Assembly: GCA_030390025.1 (NCBI GenBank)
Contig: CM059432.1
Location: 71,364,001 to 71,428,000, forward strand
From: Squalus acanthias
Taxonomy: Eukaryota
Length of the DNA stretch: 64,000 nt
Direction: 5' to 3'
The notes below the pieces were generated by a model. That model worked only from the letters and a program-made list of their open reading frames with translations. It did not search any database and was not told the origin of the DNA. Positions 48,771 to 60,800 of this stretch are shown here, piece by piece; positions within the stretch are counted from its first letter, which is position 1, and every line of letters begins with the position of its first letter. A program made the position numbers and the translations under genes.

Positions 48771-50496
48771 TACGTTCCAGCACCTCTCTTTCTGGCTGGC
48801 TCCAGAGGCACAGCCACAGTCCACATGCAGCTGAGCAGAGCTAGGAGTGCCCCGCGCCCTCCGACGAGGACTATCCACTGCTGTCCCTGTCTCCACCATC
48901 TGCTGATGCTCACTTGTGAGCTGTGATCCACCAGGTGACAACACTAATCTATCTCGTGAATGACCCACCGAGGTGCGCGTCTCTGCGCTGGTGCTGGGTG
49001 CGCTCAATTCTGCTGACACTGCGCCCTCAGAGGTTGCAGCTTCCTCTGAGGAGCCTTCCGGCTCTTCCTCCTGGACAGTGGGGAGGGGGCTCTTGATGAT
49101 CCTGTGGGGGAGTAAAGGCATGAGTTAGACATGTGATATTAATGTAGCAGACACATCCCATTGTGCAGATGATCAGAACTCAATCTGTATGAACATCAAA
49201 TGCCATATCAGTCACTCATGCAATCTAAATGAGAGGGTTGCAAATCAATTCTGTCACCAGCTTGCTCTACTGTGCCCGTCTCTCCGTCCCCCACTTCCAG
49301 CTCCTCAGCACCTCCGATGATGTCGATTGCAGCCTCCTCAGCGGTGGTCAATTGTGTCAAGGAAGGTGGCCCTCCTCCTGTCCTGCCCCTCTCCCTCTTA
49401 TTGTGGGCTCTCATTTCCTGCAATGACGGACACAAGTGGAGTTTGAGCGAGAATGTTGGAGTGAGTGTAGAGCATCCATAGCAAAGATGCTTAGAGGGAG
49501 ACAAAGATGTAGTGAGATGCCAATACCAAGGGCCCTCCCTGTGTGTTGTTAGTTGTTGCCATTGCATAACAGTGATAGTGAGTGTGAGGGGTGCATATTA
49601 GAATGGTGGAGTGATTCTGTACATAGAGAGAGAGTGATGGTTAAGGGTGCAAGGGATGTAAGGGTAGGTTGGGATGTGCAGGAGTAGGTTGACAATGCAG
49701 AGTGCTGGTGATGAGAGGAGATGGGGAGCAGATTGAAGGTAAATGTGATGTTATATGTCCTGGCCAATATTTATCCCTCAACCAACATAACAAAAACACA
49801 TTATCTGGTCATTATCACAATGTTGTTTGTGGGAGCTTGCTGTGCGCAGATTAGCTGCTGCGTTTCCTACATTACAACAGTGACTACACTCCAAAAGTAC
49901 TTCATTGGCTGTAAAATGTTTTGAGACGTCCGGTGGTCGTGAAAGGCGCTATATAAATGCAATTATTTCTTTCTTTCTACTCACTTTTGCTGAGCGTAGC
50001 AGATCATTGAACCTTTTGCTGCACTAAACCCAGGTGCGTGAGCACAAAGACCTGGCGCTCACCTCCTCAGCAATTTGCAGCCAGGCTGCCTTGGTTTGCT
50101 GCGGAGGCTTCCTCCGTCCATTTGAGGGGAACAGCACCTCTTTCAGCCCTCTCACTCCCTCCACAAGAGCATGGAGGATGTCATCATCAAATCGTGGAGA
50201 GGCTTTTGATCTTGACCCACTCATCTCTCTATCTGCCATGCTGAAAAGCATTAGAGAATGAAGGAAAAATCACAAGGCTGCAATGGGCCCCTTAAATGCA
50301 GCTGAATGGACAATGTCAGCAGAGGCGAGCAGCAGACCCGAACCTACTGATTGGGCCGGGCAACGCACACGACGGGCTTACAAAACCCAGTTAAGGGAAA
50401 ATACTTAATACAGAGCGGATTAAACCGGCAGCGGGACCGGGACCCGCCGACCAGCAAACCCAACTCCAACCCGCCTCCACTCGGAAAATCGTGGCC
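48771..50496 (-). mobile_element. Myb-side half of a family-2-related Harbinger (exons ~50224-49985, 49417-49258, from ~49101)
   Basis: ASPRFDDDILHALVEG...W.QIAEEV; terminus AAAATCGTGGCC at 50496; collinear with ~26430-27660. Confidence 0.85.
49756..49977 (+). mobile_element. Deu-domain-type SINE 3' part inserted in Myb intron 1
   Basis: TGTCCTGGCCAATATTTATCCCTCAACC...GTGAAAGGCGCTATATAAATGCAA followed by a TTTC tail. Confidence 0.8.
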
Positions 50497-51364
50497 TTTG
50501 TGTCTGTCTTCAGGAAGAAGGCGCAAAAATCTTCCCAGAAATAGTGGAGAACCAAGGGTCTAGAGAGAATGAGGAATTGAAAGAAATTAGTATTAGTAAA
50601 AAAATAGTACTGAAGAAATTAATGGGACTGAAAGATGATAAATCCCCTGGACCTGATGGCCTACATCCTTGGGTTTTGAAAGAGGTGGCTATAGAGATAG
50701 TGGATGCATTGGTTGTCATGTTCCAAAATTCCACAGTTTCTAGAACGGTTCCTGCGGATTGGAAGGTAGCAAATGTAACCCCACTATTTAAGAAAGGAGG
50801 GAGAGAGAAAATGAGGAACTACAAACCAGTTAGCCTGACATCAGTAGTAGCAAAATGCTAGAATCTATTATTAAGGACGTGGTAACAGGGCGCTTAGAAA
50901 ATAATAATAGGATTGGGCAGAGTCAACACGGATTTATGAAAGGGATTTCGTGTTTGACAAATCTGTTAGAGTTTTTGAGGTTGTAACTAGCAGAATAGAT
51001 AAGGGGGAACCAGTGGATGTGGTGTGTTTGGATTTTCAGAAGGCATTCGATAAGGTGCCACACAAGAGGTTATTAAATAAAATTAGGGCTCATGGGATTG
51101 GGGGTAATATACTAGCATGGATTGAGGATTGGTTAACGGACAGAAAACAGAGAGTAGGAATAAATGGGTCATTTTCAGGTTGGCAGGCTGTAATTAGTGA
51201 GGTACCGTAAGGATCAGTGCTTGGACCTCAGCTATTCACAATCTACATCAATGATTTGGATGAGGGGACCAAATGTATTATATCCAAGTTTGCTGATGAT
51301 ACAAAGCCGGGTGGGAATGTAAGTTATGAGGAGGTTCCAAGGAAGCTTCAAGGGGATATAGACA

Positions 51365-51967
51365 AAAATGAGAAGTCGCACAACACCAGGTTATAGTCCA
51401 ACAGATTTATTTAAAATTACAAGCTTTCGGAGCTATCGATCGCCCCTTCTTCAGGTAAAGTTACAATGAGTGAATCTACAAAAGTTCACAGAATATAAAC
51501 ACAGAAAATGCAGAGATACAATCTTTCCTTACATCAAAGACACACCAAGAGCACAGCCAAGACAATGAGATGTGTCCCAGGGGTCCAACGTGTCAAATCC
51601 TGCTGTCTGCAGCAGATCTCTCTCCATATCCCTTCCTCTCTCTCCGTCCTTTTTGGGTTTGTTTTTTGTGTTTGTTTTTTTGTGTTTGTTTTTTAAAAAC
51701 TGGAAAGACAGACAACGATGTCAAGTCACGTTCTGTAGCGTGACATGAACCCGATATCCCTATTGAGGCCGTCCTCATGAGTGCGGAACTTGGCTATCAG
51801 TTTCTGCTCGATGATTTTGCGTTGTCGTGTGTCTCGAAGGCCGCCTTGGAGAACGCTAACCCGCGTTATTTATTATTTAATTTTTTAAAAATCTGTTGGA
51901 CTATAACCTGGTGTTGTGCGACTTCTCATTTTTGTCCACCCCAGTCCAACGCCGGCATCTCCGCATC
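51365..51967 (-). mobile_element. Short Penelope-like insertion with an inverted terminal repeat
   Basis: Direct repeat GGGATATAGACA at 51353-51364 and 51968-51979; 48-bp perfect inverted repeat at 51361-51408 and 51889-51936; GIY-YIG C-terminal remnant near 51725-51864. Confidence 0.93.
51417..51458 (-). ncRNA. Minimal type I hammerhead ribozyme motif (second copy)
   Basis: UUAC-CUGAAGA-A-GGGGC-loop-GCUCC-GAAA-GCUU-GUAA. Confidence 0.8.
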
Positions 51968-52680
51968 GGGATATAGACAGGCTAAGTGAGCGGGCAAGAA
52001 CATGGCAAATGGAATATAATGTGGAGAAAAGTGAAGTTATCCACTTTGGTAGGAAAAATAGAAAAGCAGAGTATTTTTTAAATGGTGAGAGATTGGGAAA
52101 TGTTAGTGTTCAGAGGAACCTGGGTGTCCTTGTACATGAATCACTGAAAGTTAACATGCAGGTACAGTAAGCAATTAGGAAAGCAAATGGTATGTTGGCC
52201 TTTATTACAAGAGGATTTGAGTATAAGAGTAAAGACATCTTACTGCAATTATATAGGGCTCTGGTGAGACCACACCTGGAGTATTGTGTATAGTTTTGGT
52301 CTCCTTACCTAAGGAAGGATATACTTACCATCGAGGGAGTGCAACGAAGGTTCACCAGACTGATTCCTGGGATGGGGGGATTGTCCGATGAGGAGAGATT
52401 GAGTAGACTAGGCCTATATTCTCTACAGTTTAGAAGAATGAGAGGTGATCTCATTGAAACATACAAAATTCTTAAAGGGCTTGACAGGGTAGATGCAGGG
52501 AGGATGTTTCCCCTGGTTGGGGAGTCTAGAACCAGGGGTCACAGTCTCAGAATAAGGGGTCGGCCATTTAGGACTGAGATGAGGAGAAATTTCTTCACTC
52601 AGAGGGTGGTGAATTTTTGGAATTCTCTACCCCAGAGGGCCGTGGAGGCTCAGTCGTTGAGTATATTCCAGACAGAGATC

Positions 52681-54472
52681 TTATGTGAGAAATAAAAGAA
52701 TGACCAGGGTGAGGGTAGGGCCGGTCAAGGACAGTAGTGGGAACTTGTGCATGGAGTCAGAAGAGATAGGAGAGGTGATGAATGAATACTTTTCGTCAGT
52801 GTTCACCGAGGAGAGGGGCCATGTTCTTGAGGATGAGAGTGTGATAAAGGTGGATAGGCTGGAGGTGGTAGATGTTCTGAGGGAAGATGTTTTAGCAATT
52901 TTGAAGAACCTGAGGGTCGATAAGTCCCCTGGGCCAGATGGGATATATCCTAGGATTCTTTGGGAGGCAAGGGAGGAGATTGCAGAGCCTCTGGCTTTGA
53001 TCTTTGGGTCCTCACTGTCCACGGGGATGGTGCCAGAGGACTGGAGAGTGGCGAATGTTGTTCCTCTCTTCAAGAAAGGAAATAGGAATGACCCTGGTAA
53101 TTATAGGCCGGTTAGTCTTACTTCGGTGGTTGGTAAGATAATGGAAAAGGTCCTGAGGGATAGGATTTATGACCATTTGGAAAGGGGCAACTTAATCAGG
53201 GATAGTCAACACGGATTCGTGAAGGGTAAGTCTTGCCTAACAAATTTGATTGAATTCTTTGAGGAGGTAACTAAGTGTGTAGATGAAGGTAGAGCAGTTG
53301 ATGTCGTATACATGGATTTTAGTAAGGCGTTTGATAAGGTTCCCCATGGTCGTCTCATGAAGAAAGTAAGGAGTTGTGGGATAGAGGGAAATTTGGCCGA
53401 TTGGATAAGTAACTGGCTATCTCATAGAAGGCAGAGGGTGGTGGTGGATGGAACATTTTCGGACTGGAGACCAGTTACCAGCGGTGTGCCACAGGGGTCG
53501 GTGCTGGGTCCTCTGCTGTTTGTGATTTTTATCAATGACTTGGAGGAGGGGACTGAAGGGTGGATCAGTAAATTTGCTGATGACACCAAGATTGGTGGAG
53601 TAGTGGATGAGGTGGAGGGCAGTTGTAGGCTGCAAAGAGACATTGATAGGATGCAGAGCTGGGCCGAAAAATGGCAGATGGAATTTAACCCTGATAAGTG
53701 CGAGGTGATTCATTTTGGTAGGGCAAATTTGAATAAGGATTACAGGGTCAACGGCAGGGTTCTGAGGAACGTGGAGGAGCAGAGGGATCTGGGGGTTCAT
53801 ATCCACAGATCTCTGAAGGTTGCCACTCAAGTGGATAGAGCAGTAAAGAAGGCCTATGGTGTGTTAGCGTTTATTAACAGAGGGTTTGAGTTTAAGAACC
53901 GTGAGGTTATGCTGCAACTGTACAGGACCTTGGTGAGACCACATTTGGAATATTGTGTGCAGTTCTGGTCACCTCACTATAGGAAGGACGTAGAAGCATT
54001 GGAAAGAGTGCAAAGGAGATTTACCAGGATGCTGCCTAGTTTGGGGGGGAGGTCTTATGAGGAAAGATTGAGGGAGTTGGGGCTTTTCTCTTTAGAGCGG
54101 AGGAGGATGAGAGGCGACTTAATAGAGGTTTATAAGATGATGAGGGGGATAGATAGAGTGGATGTTCAGAGACTATTTCCTCGGGTAGAGGCAGCTGTTA
54201 CAAGGGGGCATAACTATAAGGTGCATGGGGGGAGATATAGAAGGGATGTCCGAGGTAGATTCTTTACTCAGAGAGTGGTTGGGGTGTGGAATGGACTGCC
54301 TGCTGTGATAGTGGAGTCGGACACTTTAGGAACTTTCAAGCGGTTATTGGATAAGCACATGGAGCACACCAGAGTGATAGGGAGTGTGATAGCTTGATCT
54401 TGGTCTCGGACAATGCTCGGCACAACATCGAGGGCCGAAGGGCCTGTACTGTGCTGTACTGTTCTATGTTCT
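52681..54472 (+). mobile_element. Young 5'-truncated CR1 LINE
   Basis: Open ORF2 remainder, short 3' UTR and TGTTCTA tail; no visible TSD. Confidence 0.96.
52685..54397 (+). CDS. CR1 ORF2 fragment: complete RT domain and C-terminus, 570 open codons, no endonuclease domain
   Basis: [49 protein letters not shown] motifs all intact. Confidence 0.9.
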   Translation: MRNKRMTRVRVGPVKDSSGNLCMESEEIGEVMNEYFSSVFTEERGHVLEDESVIKVDRLEVVDVLREDVLAILKNLRVDKSPGPDGIYPRILWEAREEIAEPLALIFGSSLSTGMVPEDWRVANVVPLFKKGNRNDPGNYRPVSLTSVVGKIMEKVLRDRIYDHLERGNLIRDSQHGFVKGKSCLTNLIEFFEEVTKCVDEGRAVDVVYMDFSKAFDKVPHGRLMKKVRSCGIEGNLADWISNWLSHRRQRVVVDGTFSDWRPVTSGVPQGSVLGPLLFVIFINDLEEGTEGWISKFADDTKIGGVVDEVEGSCRLQRDIDRMQSWAEKWQMEFNPDKCEVIHFGRANLNKDYRVNGRVLRNVEEQRDLGVHIHRSLKVATQVDRAVKKAYGVLAFINRGFEFKNREVMLQLYRTLVRPHLEYCVQFWSPHYRKDVEALERVQRRFTRMLPSLGGRSYEERLRELGLFSLERRRMRGDLIEVYKMMRGIDRVDVQRLFPRVEAAVTRGHNYKVHGGRYRRDVRGRFFTQRVVGVWNGLPAVIVESDTLGTFKRLLDKHMEHTRVIGSVIA

Positions 54473-54627
54473 AATAGATTTTTGAATATTAAGGGAATGA
54501 AGGGATATAGGGATAGTGCAGGAAAATGGAGATGAGGTAGAAGATCAGCCATGATCTTATTGAATGGCAGAGCAGGCTTGAAGGGCAAAATGGCCTACAC
54601 CTGCACCTATTTCTTATGCTCTTATGA

Positions 54628-55340
54628 AAAAATTTCTCCGCATCTCCCCTCTAGATTTTGCCAATGATTTTAAATCTATGGCCTGTGGTTATTGACCCAC
54701 TCGCCAGATGGAATAGTTTTTCTCTATCTATTCTATCAAAACCTCTATTAGATCACCTCTTGATCTTCTCTGATCCTAGGAGAATAGGACTAACTTTTCC
54801 AACCTCTCCTCATATCTGAAGTCCCTCATCCCTGGTAACATCCTGGTAAACCTCCTCTGTACCCTTTCTAATCTTTCTTCACATCATTCATGAAGTATGG
54901 TACCCAGTATTGTCCACAATACTCCAGCTGAGGCCTAACCAGTGATTTATAAAGTTCTAGCATGATCTCTTTGCTTTTATATTCTCTTCCTCTATTTATA
55001 AACTCAAGTAACCCATATGCTTTTTTAACCACCTTATCGACTTGCCGTGCCACCTTTAAGGATTTGTGTATATGGATACCAAGGTCTCTCTGCTCATCTA
55101 CACTTTTCAAAATCGTGCCATTTATAGTATACTGTCTTGCCATATTCCTCCCAAAATGCATCACTTCACACTTCTCTGCATTGAACTGCATCTGCCATGC
55201 TTCTGCCCATTTCACTATCCTGTCTATGTCATCCTGAAGCCTATAACTATCCTCATCACTATCTATTGCTTTGCCAAGTTTCGTATCATCTGCAAACTTT
55301 ATAATGCTGCTCCCTACACCTGAGTCTGTCCCAATACACA
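54628..55340 (-). mobile_element. CR1 RT fragment
   Basis: KFADDTKLG...WQMQFNAEKC...LVRPQLEY. Confidence 0.9.
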
Positions 55341-55372
55341 ACAACAGAATTTACTACTGACAGTAAGTTAAG

Positions 55373-56016
55373 GGGGGAAAAATTCGGTTGCTTTGCGCGT
55401 CTCGTTATGCCTGGGCGTGGCGCCGCTAACGCCTCCTGCGAAATTTTGCGGGAGGTTAGCGGCAGCGGTAGCCAGTAGTGCCCCACGGTGCTGCGCCTCC
55501 GGCGATGACATCATCGCCGTGTGCTGCGCCCCGCTTGCGTTCCGGCCGCAAAATTCGCTTGCACCCCTGACCTACCGCCGGATGCTATGTCCGACAGGGT
55601 CAGAGTGCCTTGTTTGCGGCCGGGGCAGCGATAATTAAAGGGCAGGTGCCGGGCGTCCATTTTTTTTGGGCTGTCTGCCAGGACCTGCCCCTTCTCGCCT
55701 CCTCCTGCGGGGTGCCGGCCGCGATCGGTCAGCCCGGCACTCCTCTTGAGTTCCGGGCTCTCTTGCCAGCAGGGCCCCGGTGTGCGCTGTGCTAGACCCC
55801 TCCCCTTTAATCAGTGGAGGGAGGCCTGTAGCGCTGCGATATTCAATGGGAGCGCCCCAAGAGGGAGGAGGAACGCTTCCAGTAGCGCCCTGCCTCCTGC
55901 TTGGGGCACTACCATTCAATTTTGGGCATGTGGGCGCTAACTTTTTCGGGGCACTAAAAGTAGCGCCTTGGCGAAGTTAGCGCCCCAAAGGGGGTGCAAC
56001 CCAATTTCCCCCCCCC
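55373..56016. mobile_element. Harbinger MITE, family 1 (second complete copy)
   Basis: AAG flanks; TIR GGGGGAAAAATT...AATTTCCCCC; collinear with 10956-11728. Confidence 0.9.
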
Positions 56017-56564
56017 AAGATATCTAATCAGTCATTAGCTGAAATTGTTAAACATTTATTACATCAACATACAGAAATAAGATATTTAACTCCTGCTAAA
56101 TGAAGGAAACATCATAAATTGATGGCAGGAAAAGAACGGTAAAGTACAAAAACAATCTCAGAAGCTGAATTGTTTATTTGTGATCAAAATGACAAGGCAT
56201 ATAAGGTTATTGCTGATTTGGGGGTATGTCTGGCAAAGCAGCAGCTCTTAAAGGACTATTGCTTACACTGAAAGGAAAGCTGATTTGAAGAGCAGCAAAT
56301 CAAAAATTCTCCTTATGGGCAATGGAGGGAAGAAAACAGAGGAGCAAGACAAGGAGCATTTGAGGATCCTGCCTTCGATGTGCTGCAGCAGGAAGTGTGT
56401 CAAAGGTAGCCCTCTTTGCTGCTGAGGTCATCACAGACCGAACAGTCCTAATGAGATCTGAGAAGCCCTGTGACAGTGTTCTATTCAAAGCATCTATTGA
56501 AGCATTGGTAGCTGCCACTCCAGAAGCCACCACTATCCATAGAAGTTCTTCCTGGCATCATTCC

Positions 56565-57235
56565 TGGCTGTTCGCTGATGATTGCACAGTTTTCAGTTCC
56601 ATTTGCAATTCCTCAGATAATGAAGCTGTCCATATTGCATACAGCAAGACTTTGACAAAAGCCAGGCTTGGTCTGATAAGTGGCAAGCAACATTTGTGCC
56701 ACACAAGTGCCAGGCAATGATCATATCCCACAAAAGAGAGCATAACCACCTCCCTTCAATGGCATTGCTGAAACCACCCCTCACCCCCACCCCCACCCCC
56801 CCCCCACCCCCCATCATCTACATCCTTGGGGTCCCCATTTACCAGAAACTCAACTGGAGTAACCACATAAAAGCCATGGCAACAAAAGCAGTCAAAGTCT
56901 GGGTATTCTTTGACGAGTGGCTCACCTTCTGAATCCTCAAATCTTCTCCACCACCCACAAGGCACAAGTCAGAAGTGTTTTGGAATGCTCCCCACTTGGC
57001 TAGATGGGAGCAGCTGCAACAACACTCAAGAAGCTCAACATCATCCAGGACAAAGCAATCCACTTGATCGGCACCTAATCCACTGGCCCAAATATCCATT
57101 CCCTCCACCATGGCACCGTGTATCATGGCTACAGTGTGTACTATCTGCAGGATGCCCTGCAGCAACTTGCCAAGGCTTCTTCGGCAGCACCTTTCAAGCC
57201 TGTGGTCTCCACCATCTAGAAGGACAAGGACAATA
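56565..57235 (+). mobile_element. Decayed LINE type B fragment
   Basis: LFADDCTVFS...SDNEAV; homologous to ~30765-31380. Confidence 0.85.
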
Positions 57236-57611
57236 GCTAGAACAGCTTTTCCTTGAAGTTTAATCATCACGTAATACCAATTGGGATGTAACTTATAATT
57301 TATTACATCACCATAAAATTGGAGAGGTTAAATAAGGAACAGTTGGATTTATATACACCTTTCTAGATGGGATATGTTTCAATCCATTAACACTCCTACT
57401 TCAAGAACCTAAAAATAATAAATATACCTTCTTTTGAATCTTATTTTGGAAAGCAGCTTTCAAATATTATTCCACCTCTTTATAGAACCTTAACTAATCT
57501 TTCTGTCAATAAAATTGCTTCCATTACTTACAGAAATCGGAGAGCCTCCTTCAAGCAACTAAGTTATTATGCATAGCACTAAGAGAAGGAAAAATTGTAA
57601 AAGGAATGATG

Positions 57612-58838
57612 GGAGGAAAATTTCAACTGCTGTCCATTTCTTGCCAGGAAACTGGGTGACCGGCAGTTGAAAATCTGATGGGGACCTTGTGCACCTATTT
57701 ACCCGCCTGAATCAACTTTCGGGCAGGCCTTTACATGGCCGGTTAAAAATGCATATCAGAGTCCTACACCTGTTATAAAGCCTCGATTGCAACTTTCAAG
57801 GAGAAATGGGTGAAGCATGCATGGTTTAAGCTAGTACTACATTCTCCAGGCATTGGGAGGCTTAACTGGTGACCAATAAAGGGACAGCTGTAGGTCTCTC
57901 CCAAAAGGTGTGTTCTTTGATTTTTTTAAAGAATTTTGTGGGACCAGGATTGGTTCTAGGGGCCCACAAAAATCTTCTGGCCTGCTGCCGACTTCTCTTA
58001 CCTGCCGGTTGGCTACATGCTGTAGCCGACCAATTTTACTCCTGAACAGGCCGGTGAGTTGCAGTTTGTTGCACGTGGTTGATGCCGGAAGCTCACCAAA
58101 AAATATTAATGAGGACCGAACCTGAAAGTGGTTCAGGCTTCTGACTACCACATTGGGCAGGTACTGTGGGAAACACCAGGCTGGATTTTTACTCGGAGGT
58201 GGGGAGGGAGCGGGGTCGGGGGGCGGGGGGGGGGGGTCACGGTCAGGATGGCTGGATTGAGATTGGGAATGCCCTGCCGAATTTAACGGCAGGACATGAT
58301 TAACATTTTTTTTCTCCATTTCCTGGCCGCAGTCAGCTGGATTAGTCGGGCAGATAGGCCTTCGGCAGAAAACCACAGCTGGGGAATGGAGAGGAGGGAG
58401 GGAGGGAGGGATTGCAGGCCTTGGGGGGGTTGGAGATCGGAGGCCGGGGGCTTAGGGCCGTCGGAGATTGGAGGCCGGGGTGTGGGGGCTGGGGGGTGGG
58501 TGGGAGATCAGAGGCTGGGGGGGCGGGGTGGTGGTTGAGATCAGAGGCTGGGTGGGGGGAGGGGTGTGTGAGATTGGAGGCCTCATTGGGAAGGTTGGAG
58601 ACCTAGTGTGGGAGGTCGGGTGGCGATCGGAAGGGTCGGCAGGGATGTCCAAACGCGGGGGCTTGGCAAGGCAAGTATGCTGGATCCAGAAGGTAAGTGG
58701 AAAGGTTGGATGCCTGTCCCCAGTCCCACCTCCGTTAAAACCAGAAGTGGTTAGGTTGGTGTTGGGATTCAGATTTTTGACACTTTAACCTCCCACCCGA
58801 CCCAAACCTGCCCATTTTCTGGTGTTATAATTTCCCCC
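57612..58838. mobile_element. Probable composite of non-autonomous Harbinger-like elements with a G-rich core
   Basis: Termini GGAGGAAAATTTCAAC and GTTATAATTTCCCCC; internal GGCTGGATTTTT terminus near 58179; no clear TSD. Confidence 0.45.
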
Positions 58839-59540
58839 ACTGTTGCTATCGCACCCATTCTGTGCCCAACCCGAAAGTCATCCCCATGGATTCCTAGAGG
58901 AATGAAGAAACAGATTAAAACAACTTTTGGAAATGTCACCTAATTTGTTGGTATCTCAATAATGGATTTAGCTTCTAAATCCTTTGGAAAGTGAAGCATG
59001 TCCAAGAGTCCCACGTCGTGTTCTCTTGGTGTTATTCACAACAAACATTTGATCACCAAACTTCCCTTCCTGCTCCCCACGTTAGCTATTATTGTTAAAA
59101 GATCCCTGCTGCAGGCACTGTCCCCCTTCCTTTCAAATCCACCGTTATCAACCTCCTCTTCAAAAAACTCACCCTTAACCTCTCTGTCTTTGCAAGCTAC
59201 CGCCCCATCTCCAACTTCCCTTTCTTCTCCAAAGTCTTTAAGCGTGTTGTTACCTCCCAAATCCGTGCCCATCCTTCCCGCCACTCCATGTTTGAATTTC
59301 TCCAATCAGTATTCCACCACTGCCATGGCACTGAAACGGCCCTAACAACAATCACAAATGAAATCCTCTGTGACTGTGACCATGATACACTATCCATCCT
59401 CATCCTTCTCAAACTCTCTTCAGCTTTTGACACGGTTGACCACACCATTCTCCTCCAATGCCTGTCCTCTGTTGTCCAGCTGAGTGGGACTGCCCTTGCC
59501 TGATTCCACTCTTACCTATCTGGTCATAGAATCTCCCTCA

Positions 59541-60378
59541 CACAATGCAAAAGCAAAATACTGTGGATGCTGGAAATTTGAAATAGAAACAGAAAATGCT
59601 GGTAATGCTCAGCTGGTCAGGCAGCGTCTGTGGGGAGAGAAACTGAGTTGACATTTCGGGGATGACATTTTGTCAGAACTGGAAAAAGTTAGAGATGTAA
59701 CAGGTTTTAAGCAAGTAGGGAAAGAGGGGAGGGGAGGAAAGAACAAAAGGGAATGTCTGTGATAGGGTGGAAAGCAGGAGAGATTATGATTGTACAAGGC
59801 AAAAGGAGATGGTAATGGGACAAGTAAAGAAACAAAAGATGGGGCTAGAGGAGGTGTAAATGGAAATAATCAACAGCTGCCATCCGAAAAAATGGGGGCA
59901 GAGGTTTTGATCTAAAATTGTTGAACTCAATGTTGAGTCCAGAAGGCTGCAAAGTGCCTAATCGAAAGATGAGGTGCTGTTCCTCGCGCTTAGGTTGAGT
60001 TTCATTGGAACAGCATAGGAGGCCAAGGACAGAGACGTCAGTGTGGGAGTGGGGCAAAAAACTAAAATGACAGGCATTCGGAAGCTCGGGGTCACGCTTG
60101 AGGACTGAATGGAGGTGTTCCGCAAAGTGGTCACCCAAACAATGTTTGGTCCCCTCAATGTAGATTAGACTGCATCATGAGCAGCGAATACAGTACATTA
60201 AATTAACAGAAGTACTAGGAAATCGCTGTTTCACCTGGAAGGAGTGTTTGGGGCTCTGGATGGTAGGACGGGAGGAGGTAAAAGGGCAGGTGTTGCATCT
60301 CCTGCGCTTGCACAAGAAGGTGCTGTGGAAGGGGAGAGGGTGTTGGGGGTGATAGAGGAGTGGACCAGGGAGTCACGG
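59541..60378 (-). mobile_element. Penelope-like element (second family), decayed GIY-YIG 3' end
   Basis: 13-bp TSD AGAATCTCCCTCA at 59528-59540 and 60379-60391; FAEHL...HF...REEQHLIFRLGTLQPSGLN. Confidence 0.9.
59646..59680 (-). ncRNA. Degenerate hammerhead ribozyme motif
   Basis: AGUU-CUGACAA-...-GAAA-UGUC-AACU; stem I intact, core G8 lost, stem II poor. Confidence 0.5.
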
Positions 60379-60800
60379 AGAATCTCCCTCAATGGCTTGT
60401 TATCCTGTCCCCGCAACATTACCTCTGGAGCACCCCAAAGATCTATCCTTGGCCTGCTCCTATTTTTCATCTACATGCTGCCCCTCGGCAACATCATCTG
60501 AAGACATGACGTCAGGTTTCACATATACGCTGACAACACCCAACTCTACCTCACCATCACCTCTCTCGATCCCTCCACTGCCACTGTTGTCAGACTGATT
60601 GTCTGACATTCCGTCCTGGATGAGCCACAATTTCCTCCAGTTAAACATTGGGAAGGCTGAAGACTATGGGTATAATTTTGACTTTGAGCAACAGTGTAAA
60701 ACAGGCAACATAGGGTCAGCAGCCCATTACACATCTCTCCCCATTTCTTGAAGTCAATGGAAATGAAAATCAGGAGAGATGTATAACAGGTGTCAGATTG

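Larger units (their letters stand above)
50500..54627 (+). mobile_element. CR1 LINE hosting a Penelope (51365-51967) and a younger CR1 (52681-54472)
   Basis: RT motifs continue in register across both insertions; the 3' UTR resumes at 54473. Confidence 0.93.

Noticed and set aside
56300..56533. Myb-gene C-terminal remnant
   Set aside because: Only compositional resemblance to exon 3 of the other copies; not alignable by eye
58380..58630. G-quadruplex regulatory element
   Set aside because: G-runs are real but lie in low-complexity GGAGATCGGAGGC-type repeats within a probable MITE; no evidence of function
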